From NCBI GenBank assembly GCA_032654565.1, contig JAULAX010000013.1:1-64000 (forward strand): a DNA stretch of 64,000 nucleotides, written 5' to 3'. The notes beneath the pieces were generated by a model, which ran no database searches, was not told the DNA's origin, and saw only the letters and a program-made list of their open reading frames with translations. Of the stretch, positions 22,858-35,547 are shown one piece after another. Source of the stretch: Anaeromyxobacteraceae bacterium (GTDB lineage: Bacteria > Myxococcota > Myxococcia > Myxococcales > Anaeromyxobacteraceae). Position numbers and translations under genes: made by a program. How positions within the stretch are numbered: the first letter of the stretch is position 1; each line of letters begins with the position of its first letter.

Positions 22858-22930
22858 GGGGCTGTAGCTCAATTGGTAGAGCGCCAGCTTTGCAAGCTGG
22901 ATGTCATCGGTTCGATTCCGATCAGCTCCA
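22858..22930 (+). tRNA. tRNA-Ala(TGC), CCA not encoded
   Basis: GGGGCTG..CAGCTCC-A acceptor stem with G3:U70, anticodon arm CCAGC-TTTGCAA-GCTGG. Confidence 0.97.
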
Positions 22931-23133
22931 CATGACTTTGGCTGGACCTCGAGTCCAGCACGGTTCGCGCAGCCTGGCGACCCGGTCGAAGCACTCTGAC
23001 AACCGAATACGAAGGGTAAGAAGAAACATCGCACAGCGAGGTCTTTGCGAGCGTCTGGACAGCAACCGGGTCTGGATCTCGACTTCGACTTGGCGTCGCT
23101 CGAGCCGCAAGGCTCGGGAGGCCCGAGTTCAGG

Positions 23134-26112
<2,979 letters not shown>

Positions 26113-26250
26113 TCCCTCTTCTCAGGTCGAAGACACCTGTCGAGGTCGAGATCGAGACCCGGACATGTTCCGGGTCCCTTGTTGTGCGATGTTCAAACTT
26201 ACCCTTCGTTTCGGTTGTCAGAATGCTTCGGCGTTCTCTTTTCAATGCTT

Positions 26251-26366
<116 letters not shown>

Positions 26367-26376
26367 TTTTTTTTCT

Positions 26377-26409
26377 GAGCCCGCCAGGCAACTGGCGGGC
26401 TCTTTTTTT
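26377..26409 (+). terminator. Rho-independent terminator of the rrn operon
   Basis: GAGCCCGCCAG-GCAA-CTGGCGGGCTC followed by a T7 run. Confidence 0.92.
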
Positions 26410-26478
26410 GTCCGAGGAGCCGCGCCGCCACCCGGCGCGCCGCGGTAGACTCGGCGGTCTTCAAGGGGGAGGTCCGAC

Positions 26479-27363
26479 ATGAGTCGCGTCGTCGTCGGCA
26501 TCATCGGCGGCACCGGGCTGGGCGAGGCGCTCGGCACGCTCGGCCAGGGTGAGGTCCGCGAGGTGGAGACCCCGTTCGGGCGTCCCTCCGGCCCGATCAC
26601 GCTGACCGAGGTGGCCGGGGTGCCGGTGGCGCTGCTCTCCCGCCACGGCGAGGGGCACCTCCTCAACCCCTCCCAGGTCCCCTACCGGGCCAACATCTTC
26701 GCCTTGAAGGCGCTGGGCGTGACCCACGTGATCGCCAGCGGCGCCGTCGGCAGCCTCCGCGAGGAGGTGGCCCCCCGCCACCTGGTCATCCCCGACCAGG
26801 TGATCGACAAGACCTTCCGCCGCGCCGGCACCTTCTTCGACGAGCTGGCGGTCCACGTCGAGCTGGCGGCCCCCTTCTGCGGCGGCCTGCGCAACGCCCT
26901 GGTCAAGGGAGGCGCCGGCTTCCCGGTCCGCATCCACCAGGGGGGCACCTACGTCTGCATGGAGGGGCCGCAGTTCTCCACCCGGGCCGAGAGCGAGCTG
27001 CACCGGAGCTGGGGCGCCTCGCTGATCGGCATGACGGTGATGCCGGAGGCCAAGCTGGCCCGCGAGGCCGAGCTCTGCTACGCGGTGGTGGCGCTGCCCA
27101 CCGACTACGACTGCTGGCGGCCCCACCCCGCCAACCTCGACCAGGCCAGGCTGATCGAGGAGATCCTGGCCAACGTCAAGGTGGCCACCCAGAGCGCCAT
27201 CGAGCTGATCCGGCGCTCCATGCCCCACGTGGCGGCGCTGGCCGAGAAGGCCTGCCCGTGCCAGTCGGCGCTGGCCCTGGGCGTCTGGTCGGACAAGGCC
27301 AGGCTGGCGCCGGAGACCCGGGAGCGGCTCAAGCCGCTGCTGGGGAAGTACCTGGCCCCGTAG
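26479..27363 (+). CDS. mtnP: S-methyl-5'-thioadenosine phosphorylase
   Basis: GIIGGTG, TPFG.PS, RHG.GH, YRANI.ALK, EGPQFSTRAES, GMT..PEAKLAREAE, TDYDCW. Confidence 0.92.
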   Translation: MSRVVVGIIGGTGLGEALGTLGQGEVREVETPFGRPSGPITLTEVAGVPVALLSRHGEGHLLNPSQVPYRANIFALKALGVTHVIASGAVGSLREEVAPRHLVIPDQVIDKTFRRAGTFFDELAVHVELAAPFCGGLRNALVKGGAGFPVRIHQGGTYVCMEGPQFSTRAESELHRSWGASLIGMTVMPEAKLAREAELCYAVVALPTDYDCWRPHPANLDQARLIEEILANVKVATQSAIELIRRSMPHVAALAEKACPCQSALALGVWSDKARLAPETRERLKPLLGKYLAP

Positions 27364-27369
27364 GGCGGC

Positions 27370-30300
27370 TCACTCGACGGGGACCACCGCGGCCCGGCCC
27401 CGGCCGCCGCGCAGCCGCTCCACCCAGAGGAAGACCACCGGCACCACCCAGAGCGTCAGCAGCGTCGAGGTGAGGACGCCGCCGATGACGGCGATGGCCA
27501 TGGGGGAGCGGAACTCGCTCCCCATGCCCCGGCCCAGCGCGGTGGGCAGCATGCCCAGCACCATGGCGCCGGAGGTCATCAGGATGGGGCGGAGCCGGCG
27601 CGGCCCGGCCTTGCGGATGGCCGTCTCCGGGTCGTCCCCCTCGCGGATGTGGAGCAGGGCGCCGTCGATGAGCAGGATGGCGTTCTTGGTGACCAGCCCC
27701 ATCAACAGGATCAGGCCGATCAGCGAGCCCATGTTGATCGACTTCCCGGTGATCCAGAGGCCGAGCAGCGCCCCGACCACCGCCAGCGGCAGCGAGAGCA
27801 TGATGGTGAAGGGGTGGATCAGCGACTCGAACTGGCTGGCCAGCACGATGAAGATGAAGATCACCGCGATCCCCAGCGCCAGCCCCATGGCCGAGGCCGA
27901 CTCGGCCTGCTCCTTCTGCATCCCGTCCCACACGTAGAAGTAGCCGGGGGGGAGCTGGTGGCCGGCCAGGGCCGCGCGCAGCCTGCCGGTGGCCTCGCCG
28001 AGGTCGTGGCCGGGGGCCACCTGGGCCCAGACCGAGATCTGCCGCTCCCGCTGCTCGTGCTCGATGACCGCCGGCCCCTGCGCCGAACGGAGCGTGGCCA
28101 GCTGCTCGAGCCCGACCGGGCCGCGCGGCGTGGCGATCCAGAGCCGCTCCAGCGCGCCGCGGGACTCGCGGTCCTCGGCGGCCAGCCGCACCCGGATCTC
28201 CGACTCGCGCCGCCCCTCGCGGAGCTTGCCGGCGATCTCGCCCTGGGTGGCGAGGCGCACCTGCATGGCCACGGCGCCGGCGGTCAGGCCGACCCGCGCC
28301 GCCTCCTCCCGCTTCACCACCACCTGCAGCTCCGGCTTGCCCGGGCTGTCCTTGAGCTGGACGTCGCGCAGGGCGTCGATGCCGTTCATGGTGTCGGTGA
28401 GGAACTGGGCCTCGCGCCGCAGCTCGGCGAAATCGCGCCCCACCACCCGCATCAGGATGGGCGGGTAGTCGCCCAGCCCCTCGATGGTGGGCGGATCGGC
28501 CACCGCCGAGGAGAGGATCTCGCGATCGCCGGCCAGGATGCGGCGGATCCGCTCCTTGAAGGCCTCGGCGGGGTCGGCGCGCTGCCCCTTGTCGATGAGG
28601 TTGACGCGCCAGCGAGCGGCGCGGACGTCCTCCTGCGGGCCGACGATGGCGTAGACGGCGGTGACGCCGGGGAGGGCCCGCACCTGGGCCTCGAGCAGGG
28701 CGCTGCGGCGGGAGGTGGTGGCCAGGCTGGTGCCGGGCGGGTAGTCGAAGGTCACCACCAGCTGGCTGCGGTCCTCGGCGGGGATGAACTCGCTGCCCAG
28801 GGTGCGCCCCACCGCCAGGCTGGCCAGGAAGAGCAGGGTGGCGGCGGCGAAGGTGAGCCCCTTGTGGCGCAGCACCCAGCCCAGGGTCCAGGCGTAGCCC
28901 CGGTCGTTGGCGTCGAAGGCGTCGCGGATCCGCTTCACCCAGCCCGGCTCGCGGCGCGCCTCGCCGGGCACGCGGGCCCTGGCCAGCTTGGCCGAGAGCA
29001 TGGGGTCGAGGGTGAAGGCCACGAAGAGCGAGATCAGCACCGCCACGGTGATGGTGAGGCCGAACTGGCGGAAGAACTGGCCGGTCACCCCCTGCATGAA
29101 GGCCACCGGCACGAAGACCGCCACCAGCGTGAAGGTGGTGGCCATCACCGCCAGGGCGATCTCGCTGGTGCCGTGGCTGGCGGCCTGGGCCGGGCTCTCG
29201 CCGGCCTCCAGCCGGCGGGTGATGCTCTCGCGCACCACCACGGCGTCGTCGATGAGCAGGCCGATGGCCAGCGACAGCCCCAGCAGCGTCATCTGGTTGA
29301 GCGAGAACCCCATCACGTACATGACGAAGAGGGTGCCGATCACCGAGGTGGGGAGGGCCAGCGCCGAGATGAAGGTGCCGCGCAGGTCGAGCAGGAAGAG
29401 CAGGATGATCAGCACCGCCATGGCGCCGCCGAAGTAGATGGCGATCCAGACCTCGTGGGCGTTGGCCTCGATGGTCAGGGCCTGGTCGATGAGCACCTGG
29501 GACTGGAAGCCGTACTGCCGCTCCAGCTCGGGCAGCAGCTTCTTCACGGCGTTGGCCACCGCCGCCGAGTTGGCGCCGGACTGCTTCACCACCTCGACGC
29601 CGACCGCCTCGACGCCGTTGGTGCGCACCAGGGTGCGCGGCTCCTTCATCCCCTTGCGGACCAGGGCCACCTCGCCGAGCCGGACCACGCTGCCGTCGGC
29701 GGCGGTGGCCAGCGGCATCTGGCGGAGCTGGTCGGCGCTGGCGAACTCGCCGCGGACGCGGATCCCCACCTCGGCGTCGCCGGAGGGGAAGCGGCCGCCG
29801 GGCAGGTCGAGGTGCTCGGCGCGGATCCGCTGGAAGACCGCGTCGGGGGTCTGACCCAGCGCCGCCAGCCGGTCGCGGAACAGGTCGACGGTGACCTCCG
29901 GCTCGCCGCCGCCGGTGATGCGCACCGCGGCCACCCCGGGCAGCTGCTCCAGGCGAGGCCGGACCTGGTCGTCGAGCAGCTCGCGCAGGCCGATGGGGTT
30001 GCCGCCGGCGGCCGCCGAGAAGACCAGCACCGGCTGGGCGGCCACGTCGAACTGGGCGATGACCGGCGCCTTGGCGCCGAGCGGGAGCAGCCCCTGGGCC
30101 ACCCCCACCTTGTCGCGGACGCTCTGCACCCCCTCGGCGAGGGGCACCGAGAGCCGGAACTCCACGAAGACCATGGAGAGGTCCTCGCGCGAGAAGGAGA
30201 AGACCCGGTTGATCCCGGAGATGGAGGAGACGGCGTCCTCGATGGGCTTGGTGACCGACTGCTCGATGTCGGCCGGCGCCGCCCCCGGGTAGACGGTGCT

Positions 30301-30441
30301 GATGGTGACGAAGGGGAAGGCGACGTCCGGGTAGAGGTCGGTGCCGAGCCGGCTGTAGCCGAGGAACCCCAGCACCACCAGGGTCACCGACATCATGGCG
30401 GTGAAGACCGGCCGCCGGATGGCGACGTCGGAGAGGGTCAT
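27370..30441 (-). CDS. RND efflux permease (AcrB/MdtB family)
   Basis: 1023 aa; RRPVF, GLLIDDAVVV.E, GLVTKNAILL, RLRPILMTS. Confidence 0.93.
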   Translation of the reverse strand: MTLSDVAIRRPVFTAMMSVTLVVLGFLGYSRLGTDLYPDVAFPFVTISTVYPGAAPADIEQSVTKPIEDAVSSISGINRVFSFSREDLSMVFVEFRLSVPLAEGVQSVRDKVGVAQGLLPLGAKAPVIAQFDVAAQPVLVFSAAAGGNPIGLRELLDDQVRPRLEQLPGVAAVRITGGGEPEVTVDLFRDRLAALGQTPDAVFQRIRAEHLDLPGGRFPSGDAEVGIRVRGEFASADQLRQMPLATAADGSVVRLGEVALVRKGMKEPRTLVRTNGVEAVGVEVVKQSGANSAAVANAVKKLLPELERQYGFQSQVLIDQALTIEANAHEVWIAIYFGGAMAVLIILLFLLDLRGTFISALALPTSVIGTLFVMYVMGFSLNQMTLLGLSLAIGLLIDDAVVVRESITRRLEAGESPAQAASHGTSEIALAVMATTFTLVAVFVPVAFMQGVTGQFFRQFGLTITVAVLISLFVAFTLDPMLSAKLARARVPGEARREPGWVKRIRDAFDANDRGYAWTLGWVLRHKGLTFAAATLLFLASLAVGRTLGSEFIPAEDRSQLVVTFDYPPGTSLATTSRRSALLEAQVRALPGVTAVYAIVGPQEDVRAARWRVNLIDKGQRADPAEAFKERIRRILAGDREILSSAVADPPTIEGLGDYPPILMRVVGRDFAELRREAQFLTDTMNGIDALRDVQLKDSPGKPELQVVVKREEAARVGLTAGAVAMQVRLATQGEIAGKLREGRRESEIRVRLAAEDRESRGALERLWIATPRGPVGLEQLATLRSAQGPAVIEHEQRERQISVWAQVAPGHDLGEATGRLRAALAGHQLPPGYFYVWDGMQKEQAESASAMGLALGIAVIFIFIVLASQFESLIHPFTIMLSLPLAVVGALLGLWITGKSINMGSLIGLILLMGLVTKNAILLIDGALLHIREGDDPETAIRKAGPRRLRPILMTSGAMVLGMLPTALGRGMGSEFRSPMAIAVIGGVLTSTLLTLWVVPVVFLWVERLRGGRGRAAVVPVE

Positions 30442-31562
30442 CGGACCGCCTCCGCCACCGCCACGCCCTCGGCGATGCCGACCGGCGGGTTCTCGACGGC
30501 GCGCAGCCCGGCCGGCCAGCCGCCGCCCTCGGCCGGGACCACCACCGCCGCGGCCCCGTCCTCGCCGAGGACGCGGACGGGGAGGGCGCGGGCCTTGCCG
30601 TCGGCGCCGCAGACCCAGGCGGCGTAGCCGGCGTCGCGCTGCAGCAGCGCCGCGGCGGGGATGCGCCAGGCGTCGCGCGGCGGGGCCGCCGGCAGCTCGA
30701 CGCGGGCGTAGGCGTTGGCGAGGAAGCGGCCGTCCTGGTTGGGGACCTCGATCTCCACCGGGACCCGGTTGCTGGCCGGGTCGACCACGGCGATCACCGC
30801 CGAGACCCGGGCGGCGGCGGAGCTGGCGCCGCTGGCGGGCACCGTCACGGTGACCGTCGCGCCGGGGCGGAGGGTGGCCGCCTCCTCCTGCGTCACCGAG
30901 GTCTCCAGCACCAGCACCCGGGCGCCGACCAGCGTCACCAGCGGCTGGCCGGGGCCGACGGTGAGGCCGATGCCGTCGGGGACGCGGGTCACCACCCCGG
31001 CGAAGGGGGCGGTGAGGGTCTGGTGGGCGAGCTGGACGCGGGCCAGCGCCAGCTGGGCCTCGGCGCCGGCCACCTGCGCCAGCGCCAGGTCGCGGCCGGC
31101 CCGGGCCTGCACCAGCGAGGAGTCGCTGGTGCCGCCCTGCTGGTGGACCGCGGCGACGCGGGCCAGCCCGTCCTCGGCCTGGGTGGCCTGGGCACGGGCG
31201 GCGTCGAGGGCGGCCTGCGCGCCGGCCAGCTGGGCGCGGGCGGCGTCGTCCTCCAGGGTCGCCAGCACCGTCCCCTGCGCCACCGACTGCCCGCGGGCCA
31301 CGGCGATCCGGGTGAGCGTGCCGCCGGCGGCCAGCGCCAGCGGCGCCTGCTGGCGGGCCTTGAGGGTGCCGGTGGCGACGGTACGCGGCGCGAAGCGGAC
31401 CGGGGCGGCCTCGACCAGCCTGGAGGCGGCGCTGGAGGCGGGGGTGGTGGTCCTGGGGGCGGGCGGAGGCGGCGTCGAGGGAGCCCGGCTGCAGGCCAGC
31501 AGCGCCGAGGCGGCCAGGGCGATGGCGACGAGGAGGGCGGGGCGGGGCGGACGACGAGGCAT
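30438..31562 (-). CDS. RND membrane-fusion (periplasmic adaptor) lipoprotein
   Basis: Lipobox LLAC, lipoyl half-motifs (GQSVAQG..L; APFAGVV), alpha-hairpin; ATGA overlap with RND gene; GGAG SD before ATG 31562. Confidence 0.88.
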   Translation of the reverse strand: MPRRPPRPALLVAIALAASALLACSRAPSTPPPPAPRTTTPASSAASRLVEAAPVRFAPRTVATGTLKARQQAPLALAAGGTLTRIAVARGQSVAQGTVLATLEDDAARAQLAGAQAALDAARAQATQAEDGLARVAAVHQQGGTSDSSLVQARAGRDLALAQVAGAEAQLALARVQLAHQTLTAPFAGVVTRVPDGIGLTVGPGQPLVTLVGARVLVLETSVTQEEAATLRPGATVTVTVPASGASSAAARVSAVIAVVDPASNRVPVEIEVPNQDGRFLANAYARVELPAAPPRDAWRIPAAALLQRDAGYAAWVCGADGKARALPVRVLGEDGAAAVVVPAEGGGWPAGLRAVENPPVGIAEGVAVAEAVR

Positions 31563-31591
31563 GGCGGCTCCCTGGCGGAATGACCGGCGAG

Positions 31592-32257
31592 TCAGCGGCG
31601 AGGACGGCGCCGGGCAGGCGCCGCCGGCGGGGCCAGCAGCCCCTGGTAGAGGACCTTGAGGAAGGAGTCGGCCCAGGCGGCCAGGTCCGGCTTGGCGGTC
31701 AGGTCGGCCATGCGGCGGGCGAAGCTCTCGAAGCTCCCCATCACCAGGTCGCCGATCACCTCGGCCTGGAGGTCGTCGCGCAGGACGCCGGCGGCCTGCC
31801 GCTCGGCGACGCGGCCGACGGCCAGGGCCCGCATGCGGCGGCGGAAGAGGTCCATGGGCTTCGACCAGCGGTGGCCGCCGGCGCCGTCGAGGACCCGCTG
31901 CAGCAGCCGGTTGGCCCAGAGCAGCTCCAGCAGCTCGGTGTCCAGCGCGCACTCCAGCGCCAGCCACTGCGGGTCGGTGGCCGGCGAGCGGGACGGGTGG
32001 CCCGGCCCGGAGTCGAAGCGGGCCGTGGCGGTCACCCGCCGCTGCGCCAGGGCCTCGAGGGCGCCGAGGAAGCGCTGCAGGAGCTCGTTGAAGGCCTCGT
32101 CCTTGCCGCGGAAGTGGAGGTAGAAGGCCCCCTTGGAGATCCCGGCCCGCCGGGCGATGTCCTCCACCCGGGCGCGCTCCAGCCCGCGGCGGGAGAACTC
32201 GACGCGGGCGGCTTCGAGGAGCGCCTGGTGGGCGTCGGGGCGGGGGGGGCGGGCCAC
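31592..32257 (-). CDS. TetR/AcrR family transcriptional regulator
   Basis: LLEAA..EF...G......DIARRAGISKGAFYLHF..K HTH; probable GTG start at 32257. Confidence 0.9.
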   Translation of the reverse strand: MARPPRPDAHQALLEAARVEFSRRGLERARVEDIARRAGISKGAFYLHFRGKDEAFNELLQRFLGALEALAQRRVTATARFDSGPGHPSRSPATDPQWLALECALDTELLELLWANRLLQRVLDGAGGHRWSKPMDLFRRRMRALAVGRVAERQAAGVLRDDLQAEVIGDLVMGSFESFARRMADLTAKPDLAAWADSFLKVLYQGLLAPPAAPARRRPRR

Positions 32258-32300
32258 CCCGGCGTTGTAGCGCTCGCCGGGGTTCCTGGGCAAGCAGGAG

Positions 32301-32314
32301 TGACCAGCGGGTCA
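32301..32314. promoter_or_regulatory. Candidate TetR operator palindrome
   Basis: TGACC-AGCG-GGTCA, just upstream of a TTGCCC-18-TACAAC promoter candidate for tetR. Confidence 0.5.
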
Positions 32315-32371
32315 GGAATGGGACCGGCCCCGCGACGCCCGGGCCGCCCGGCCGTCCCCGGCCCAGCCTGG

Positions 32372-32635
32372 TCAGGGGGCGCGGGCCGCCACCAGCCGGC
32401 GCACCAGCTGGCGGAGCCCCTGGATCTCGATGGGCTTCTCGATCAGGCGGGTGGTCGAGGCCTGGAGGAACTCGGCGGCCCGCTCGTACTGCTCCTTCAC
32501 CAGGGCCTGGGCCAGCTCGACCTTCCCGGTGATCCGGCGGGTCTCCAGGACCAGGGCGGTCAGCACGGCGCCGAGCAGCAGGACGGCGACCAGGGAGGCC
32601 GCGGTGGTGATCCGGAAGCGTGTCTTCAGCCGCAT
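32372..32635 (-). pseudogene. Probable internally deleted hybrid sensor kinase (N-terminal TM segment joined to a receiver-domain tail)
   Basis: MRLKTRFRI plus TM helix, then ERAAEFLQ...IEKPIEIQGLRQLVRRLV, resembling the KP/alpha5 end of a receiver domain. Confidence 0.55.
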
Positions 32636-32643
32636 CGCCCCAC

Positions 32644-33624
32644 CTACCTGATGAACCCGACGGCGTCGGGCCGGACCGACGCCAGCGGGTCGGCCGCGAT
32701 GGTCTCGAGGTAGCTGGGCGCCACCTGCGTCGCCACCAGCCCGGCCCGGATGGCCCAGCGCGCCTCCTCCTCCATCAGCACCAGCAGCCCCTGGTCCAGC
32801 CGCACCCGGAAGACCAGCTGCCTCAGCATGGCGTCGAGGACCACCGGGTCAGCGGTGAACGCAGCGGCGGCGACGCGCCGCGCCTCCTCGGGGTGGTCCT
32901 GGAAGTACCCCTCGGCCTTGAGCAGGGCGCGCAGGACACGCCGGGCGGCCTCCGGCCGCTGCTCGGCGAATCCGCGCCGGCCGATCAGCAACAGGGTCTC
33001 GGAGTAGAGCTCGTCCTCGTAGAAGGAGAGGGCCTGGTCGCCAAAGCGGCGCTGCAGCAGCAATGCGGTCGGGTTCCAGGTGGCGACGGCGTCGACCCGG
33101 CCGCTGGCGAGCGCCCCCTCCATCTCTTCCGGCCTGAGGTCGAGGAAGCGAACCTCGCGGCGCTCCAGCCCGTGGCGCAGCAGGAAGGTGTCGAGGAAGA
33201 ACTCGCCGCTGCTGGCCCGGGTCACCCCGATCCGCTTCCCCTTCAGGTCGCCGGGGCCGGAGATCCCGGCCCGGGTGAGCGCCACCACGGCCATGTTCTT
33301 CCTGGAGAGCCCGATGGAGGCGAGGATGGAGAGCCGGTGGCCGGAGAGCTCGGCGAACACCAGCGGGGTCTCGGCGCTGGTGGCGAGGTCGCCCTGGCCA
33401 GCGGTCAAGGACGCCAGGGCCACCTTCCCGAACTGGTGGGGCCGGAGCGTCACCGCCAGCCCCTCCTCCCTGAAGTAGCCCCTGGCCTCGGCCACGTGGA
33501 CCAGGCTGAAGTGCGGCAGCATGGCCAGCTCGATGGTGACCGGCTCGAGCGGCTGGGACGAACGCCTCTCGGCGCAGCCGAACGCCATGGCAAGGCTGGC
33601 CGCCGCCGCGATCGCTCTCCACAT
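32644..33624 (-). CDS. SsuA/NrtA/THI5-type substrate-binding lipoprotein
   Basis: Lipobox AFGC, GYF.EEGL.V, DLKGKRIG, GRVDA..W.P. Confidence 0.85.
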   Translation of the reverse strand: MWRAIAAAASLAMAFGCAERRSSQPLEPVTIELAMLPHFSLVHVAEARGYFREEGLAVTLRPHQFGKVALASLTAGQGDLATSAETPLVFAELSGHRLSILASIGLSRKNMAVVALTRAGISGPGDLKGKRIGVTRASSGEFFLDTFLLRHGLERREVRFLDLRPEEMEGALASGRVDAVATWNPTALLLQRRFGDQALSFYEDELYSETLLLIGRRGFAEQRPEAARRVLRALLKAEGYFQDHPEEARRVAAAAFTADPVVLDAMLRQLVFRVRLDQGLLVLMEEEARWAIRAGLVATQVAPSYLETIAADPLASVRPDAVGFIR

Positions 33625-33833
33625 TGGGTCCCCCCCCGGGGCTCCGCTCCACTGGAAGTCTAGGCCTCCGCCGTGAACCCCGGGGAGGACCCGGCGGGGT
33701 CAATGGGGGCGGGGCCACCGGGACCGGCCCCTCCTCGGGACCATCCTGCGGCTGCGCCGTCCTGCCGCGGCCGGTTGGACAACCGGTCGGACTGAAGGAG
33801 AATCGCCCCGATTCGCACCCGAGGAGAACCGAC

Positions 33834-34682
33834 ATGATCCATGGAGCCATGCTGGGGCTGCTTCTGGCCGGAGCACCTGCCACCGCTGCGGCCGGGCCGT
33901 CCCCGGTGCGCGTCGCCGTGCTCGACCTGCAGCACGCCGGCGGGGGCGACCGCAAGGAGGTGGACGGCCTCTCGGCGCTGCTGGCCTCGGAGGTGGCGCG
34001 CCGCCCCGGGCTGGCGGTGGTCTCCGGCGCCGACCTGCGCGCCCTCATCGGCTTCGAGCGGCAGAAGGCGCTGGTGGGCTGCGCCGGGAGCGGGTGCGCC
34101 GCCGAGCTGGGCGGGACGCTGGGCGTGGCCTACCTGGTCTCCAGCGAAATCTCCCGCGTCGGCTCCAGCTGGCTCCTCAGCCTGGCGCTGCTCGACGCCC
34201 AGAAGGCCACCTCGCTGGGCCGGCTCACCCGCAAGGCCGCCTCGGTGGACGGGCTGGTCGAGGAGTTCCCGCGCGCCGTCGACGAGCTGCTCGCCTCGCT
34301 GGGGCCGGCCGGGGCCCCGCCGCCGGTGACCCGCTTCGACGGGAGCTGGGAGGTGGCCATCACCTGCCCGGCCACCGCCGAAGGGACCGCGCCCAAGGGG
34401 TACGCCTACGCCTTCCCGGCCACCGTCAAGGACGGCGTGCTGGTGGCCCGCCACCTCAAGGAGGGGGCGCCGGCGTCGCTGGTCATCGAGGGGTCGATCC
34501 AGGCCGACGGCCGGGCCCAGCTGGCGGCCCGCGGGCTCACCGGGAACCCGGCCTACAGCGCCAAGCGGGCCTCCGCGGGGACCGCCTACACCTACGGGAT
34601 CAGCGCCCGCTTCGACGGCGCGGCGGGCACCGGCCGGCGCCTCGAGGGTCGGCCCTGCAGCTTCATCTTCACGAAGAAGTGA
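33834..34682 (+). CDS. Exported protein: CsgG/TolB-N/DUF2380-like alpha/beta domain plus C-terminal beta-rich domain
   Basis: Signal peptide; VAVLDL..GFERQK..GC....C.AELGG.LG; C-domain FDGSW...C...GRPCSFIFTKK; GAGGAG SD. Confidence 0.6.
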   Translation: MIHGAMLGLLLAGAPATAAAGPSPVRVAVLDLQHAGGGDRKEVDGLSALLASEVARRPGLAVVSGADLRALIGFERQKALVGCAGSGCAAELGGTLGVAYLVSSEISRVGSSWLLSLALLDAQKATSLGRLTRKAASVDGLVEEFPRAVDELLASLGPAGAPPPVTRFDGSWEVAITCPATAEGTAPKGYAYAFPATVKDGVLVARHLKEGAPASLVIEGSIQADGRAQLAARGLTGNPAYSAKRASAGTAYTYGISARFDGAAGTGRRLEGRPCSFIFTKK

Positions 34683-34701
34683 GCTGGGACCCGGACCGGG
34701 C

Positions 34702-35547
34702 TCAGCGCCGCGTCGCCCGCTCGGCGGCGGCGGCCTCGGCGGCCGACTGCTCGGCGCGCCCCAGCCCGGCGGCCACCCCGGCGGCCCGTCGGTGGAGCGC
34801 GGCGGCCTCGGGGCCGGCCGAGGGATCGGCGTCGGCGAGGCGCGCCGCGGCGGCCAGGGCATGGAGGAGCGAAGGCCGGTCGTCGCCGGTCGAGAGAGGC
34901 GCCAGGGCGGCCCGGTAGCCGGCGCGGGCCGCCGCCAGGTCGCCCGCCCGCTCGGCGGCCAGGGCCCGGGCCAGCGCGAGCGGACCGGCCACCTCCGGGG
35001 CCTCGCCGGCCAGCCCCTCGGCGGCGGCGAAGCGGGTCCGGGCCTCCGCGGGCGGCGCCAGGGCGCCCAGGCCGAGCTCGGCCAGCGCCGCCGCCGCCCG
35101 GTCGCCGCTGGCCTCGGCGAGGGCGCGCGCCTCGCGGAGCGGCTCGGCCACCTCGCCTTGCCCGCTGGTGCGCCGGGCCCGCGCCAGCCCGAGCAGGGCC
35201 CGGGCGGCAAGCCCATCGTCGCCGGCCTGGCGGGCCAGCGCCGCGGCGCGCTGCAGCGGCTCGATGGCGGCGGCCGCGTCCCCGGCCGCGAGCAGGGCCA
35301 GCCCCTGGCGGCAGGCGGCGTCGGCGGCCAGGGCGGAGCGGTCGCCGGCGGCGGCGCTGGCCGAGGCGCGGCCGTAGAGGGCGGCCGCGGTGCGAGGGTC
35401 GTCGAGCCGGCGCGCCGTCTCGCCGGCGGACCGCTGCCGGAGCGCCAGCGCCTCGGCGGGGGGCGGGCGCGGCGCCGCGCAGGCCGCGGCGAGGAGCAGC
35501 GGGAGCAGCGCGGCGATCCGTGCCGGGAGCGGGGCGGCGGCGCTCAC
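34702..35547 (-). CDS. Ala-rich TPR-like lipoprotein, last gene of the MCE operon
   Basis: Lipobox LAAAC, repeated amphipathic helix pairs; GTGA overlap with mlaD-like gene. Confidence 0.65.
   Translation of the reverse strand: MSAAAPLPARIAALLPLLLAAACAAPRPPPAEALALRQRSAGETARRLDDPRTAAALYGRASASAAAGDRSALAADAACRQGLALLAAGDAAAAIEPLQRAAALARQAGDDGLAARALLGLARARRTSGQGEVAEPLREARALAEASGDRAAAALAELGLGALAPPAEARTRFAAAEGLAGEAPEVAGPLALARALAAERAGDLAAARAGYRAALAPLSTGDDRPSLLHALAAAARLADADPSAGPEAAALHRRAAGVAAGLGRAEQSAAEAAAAERATRR

Noticed and set aside
33630..33637. C8 run as a phase-variable tract (also the G8 run in tetR near 32242-32249)
   Set aside because: The first reads as a G-rich SD region for the minus-strand gene; the second is in frame (Arg-Pro-Pro-Arg).
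32320..33731. 12-bp direct repeat GGGACCGGCCCC flanking the binding-protein/kinase remnant
   Set aside because: Short and almost all G/C, so a chance match is plausible; no mobility gene nearby.
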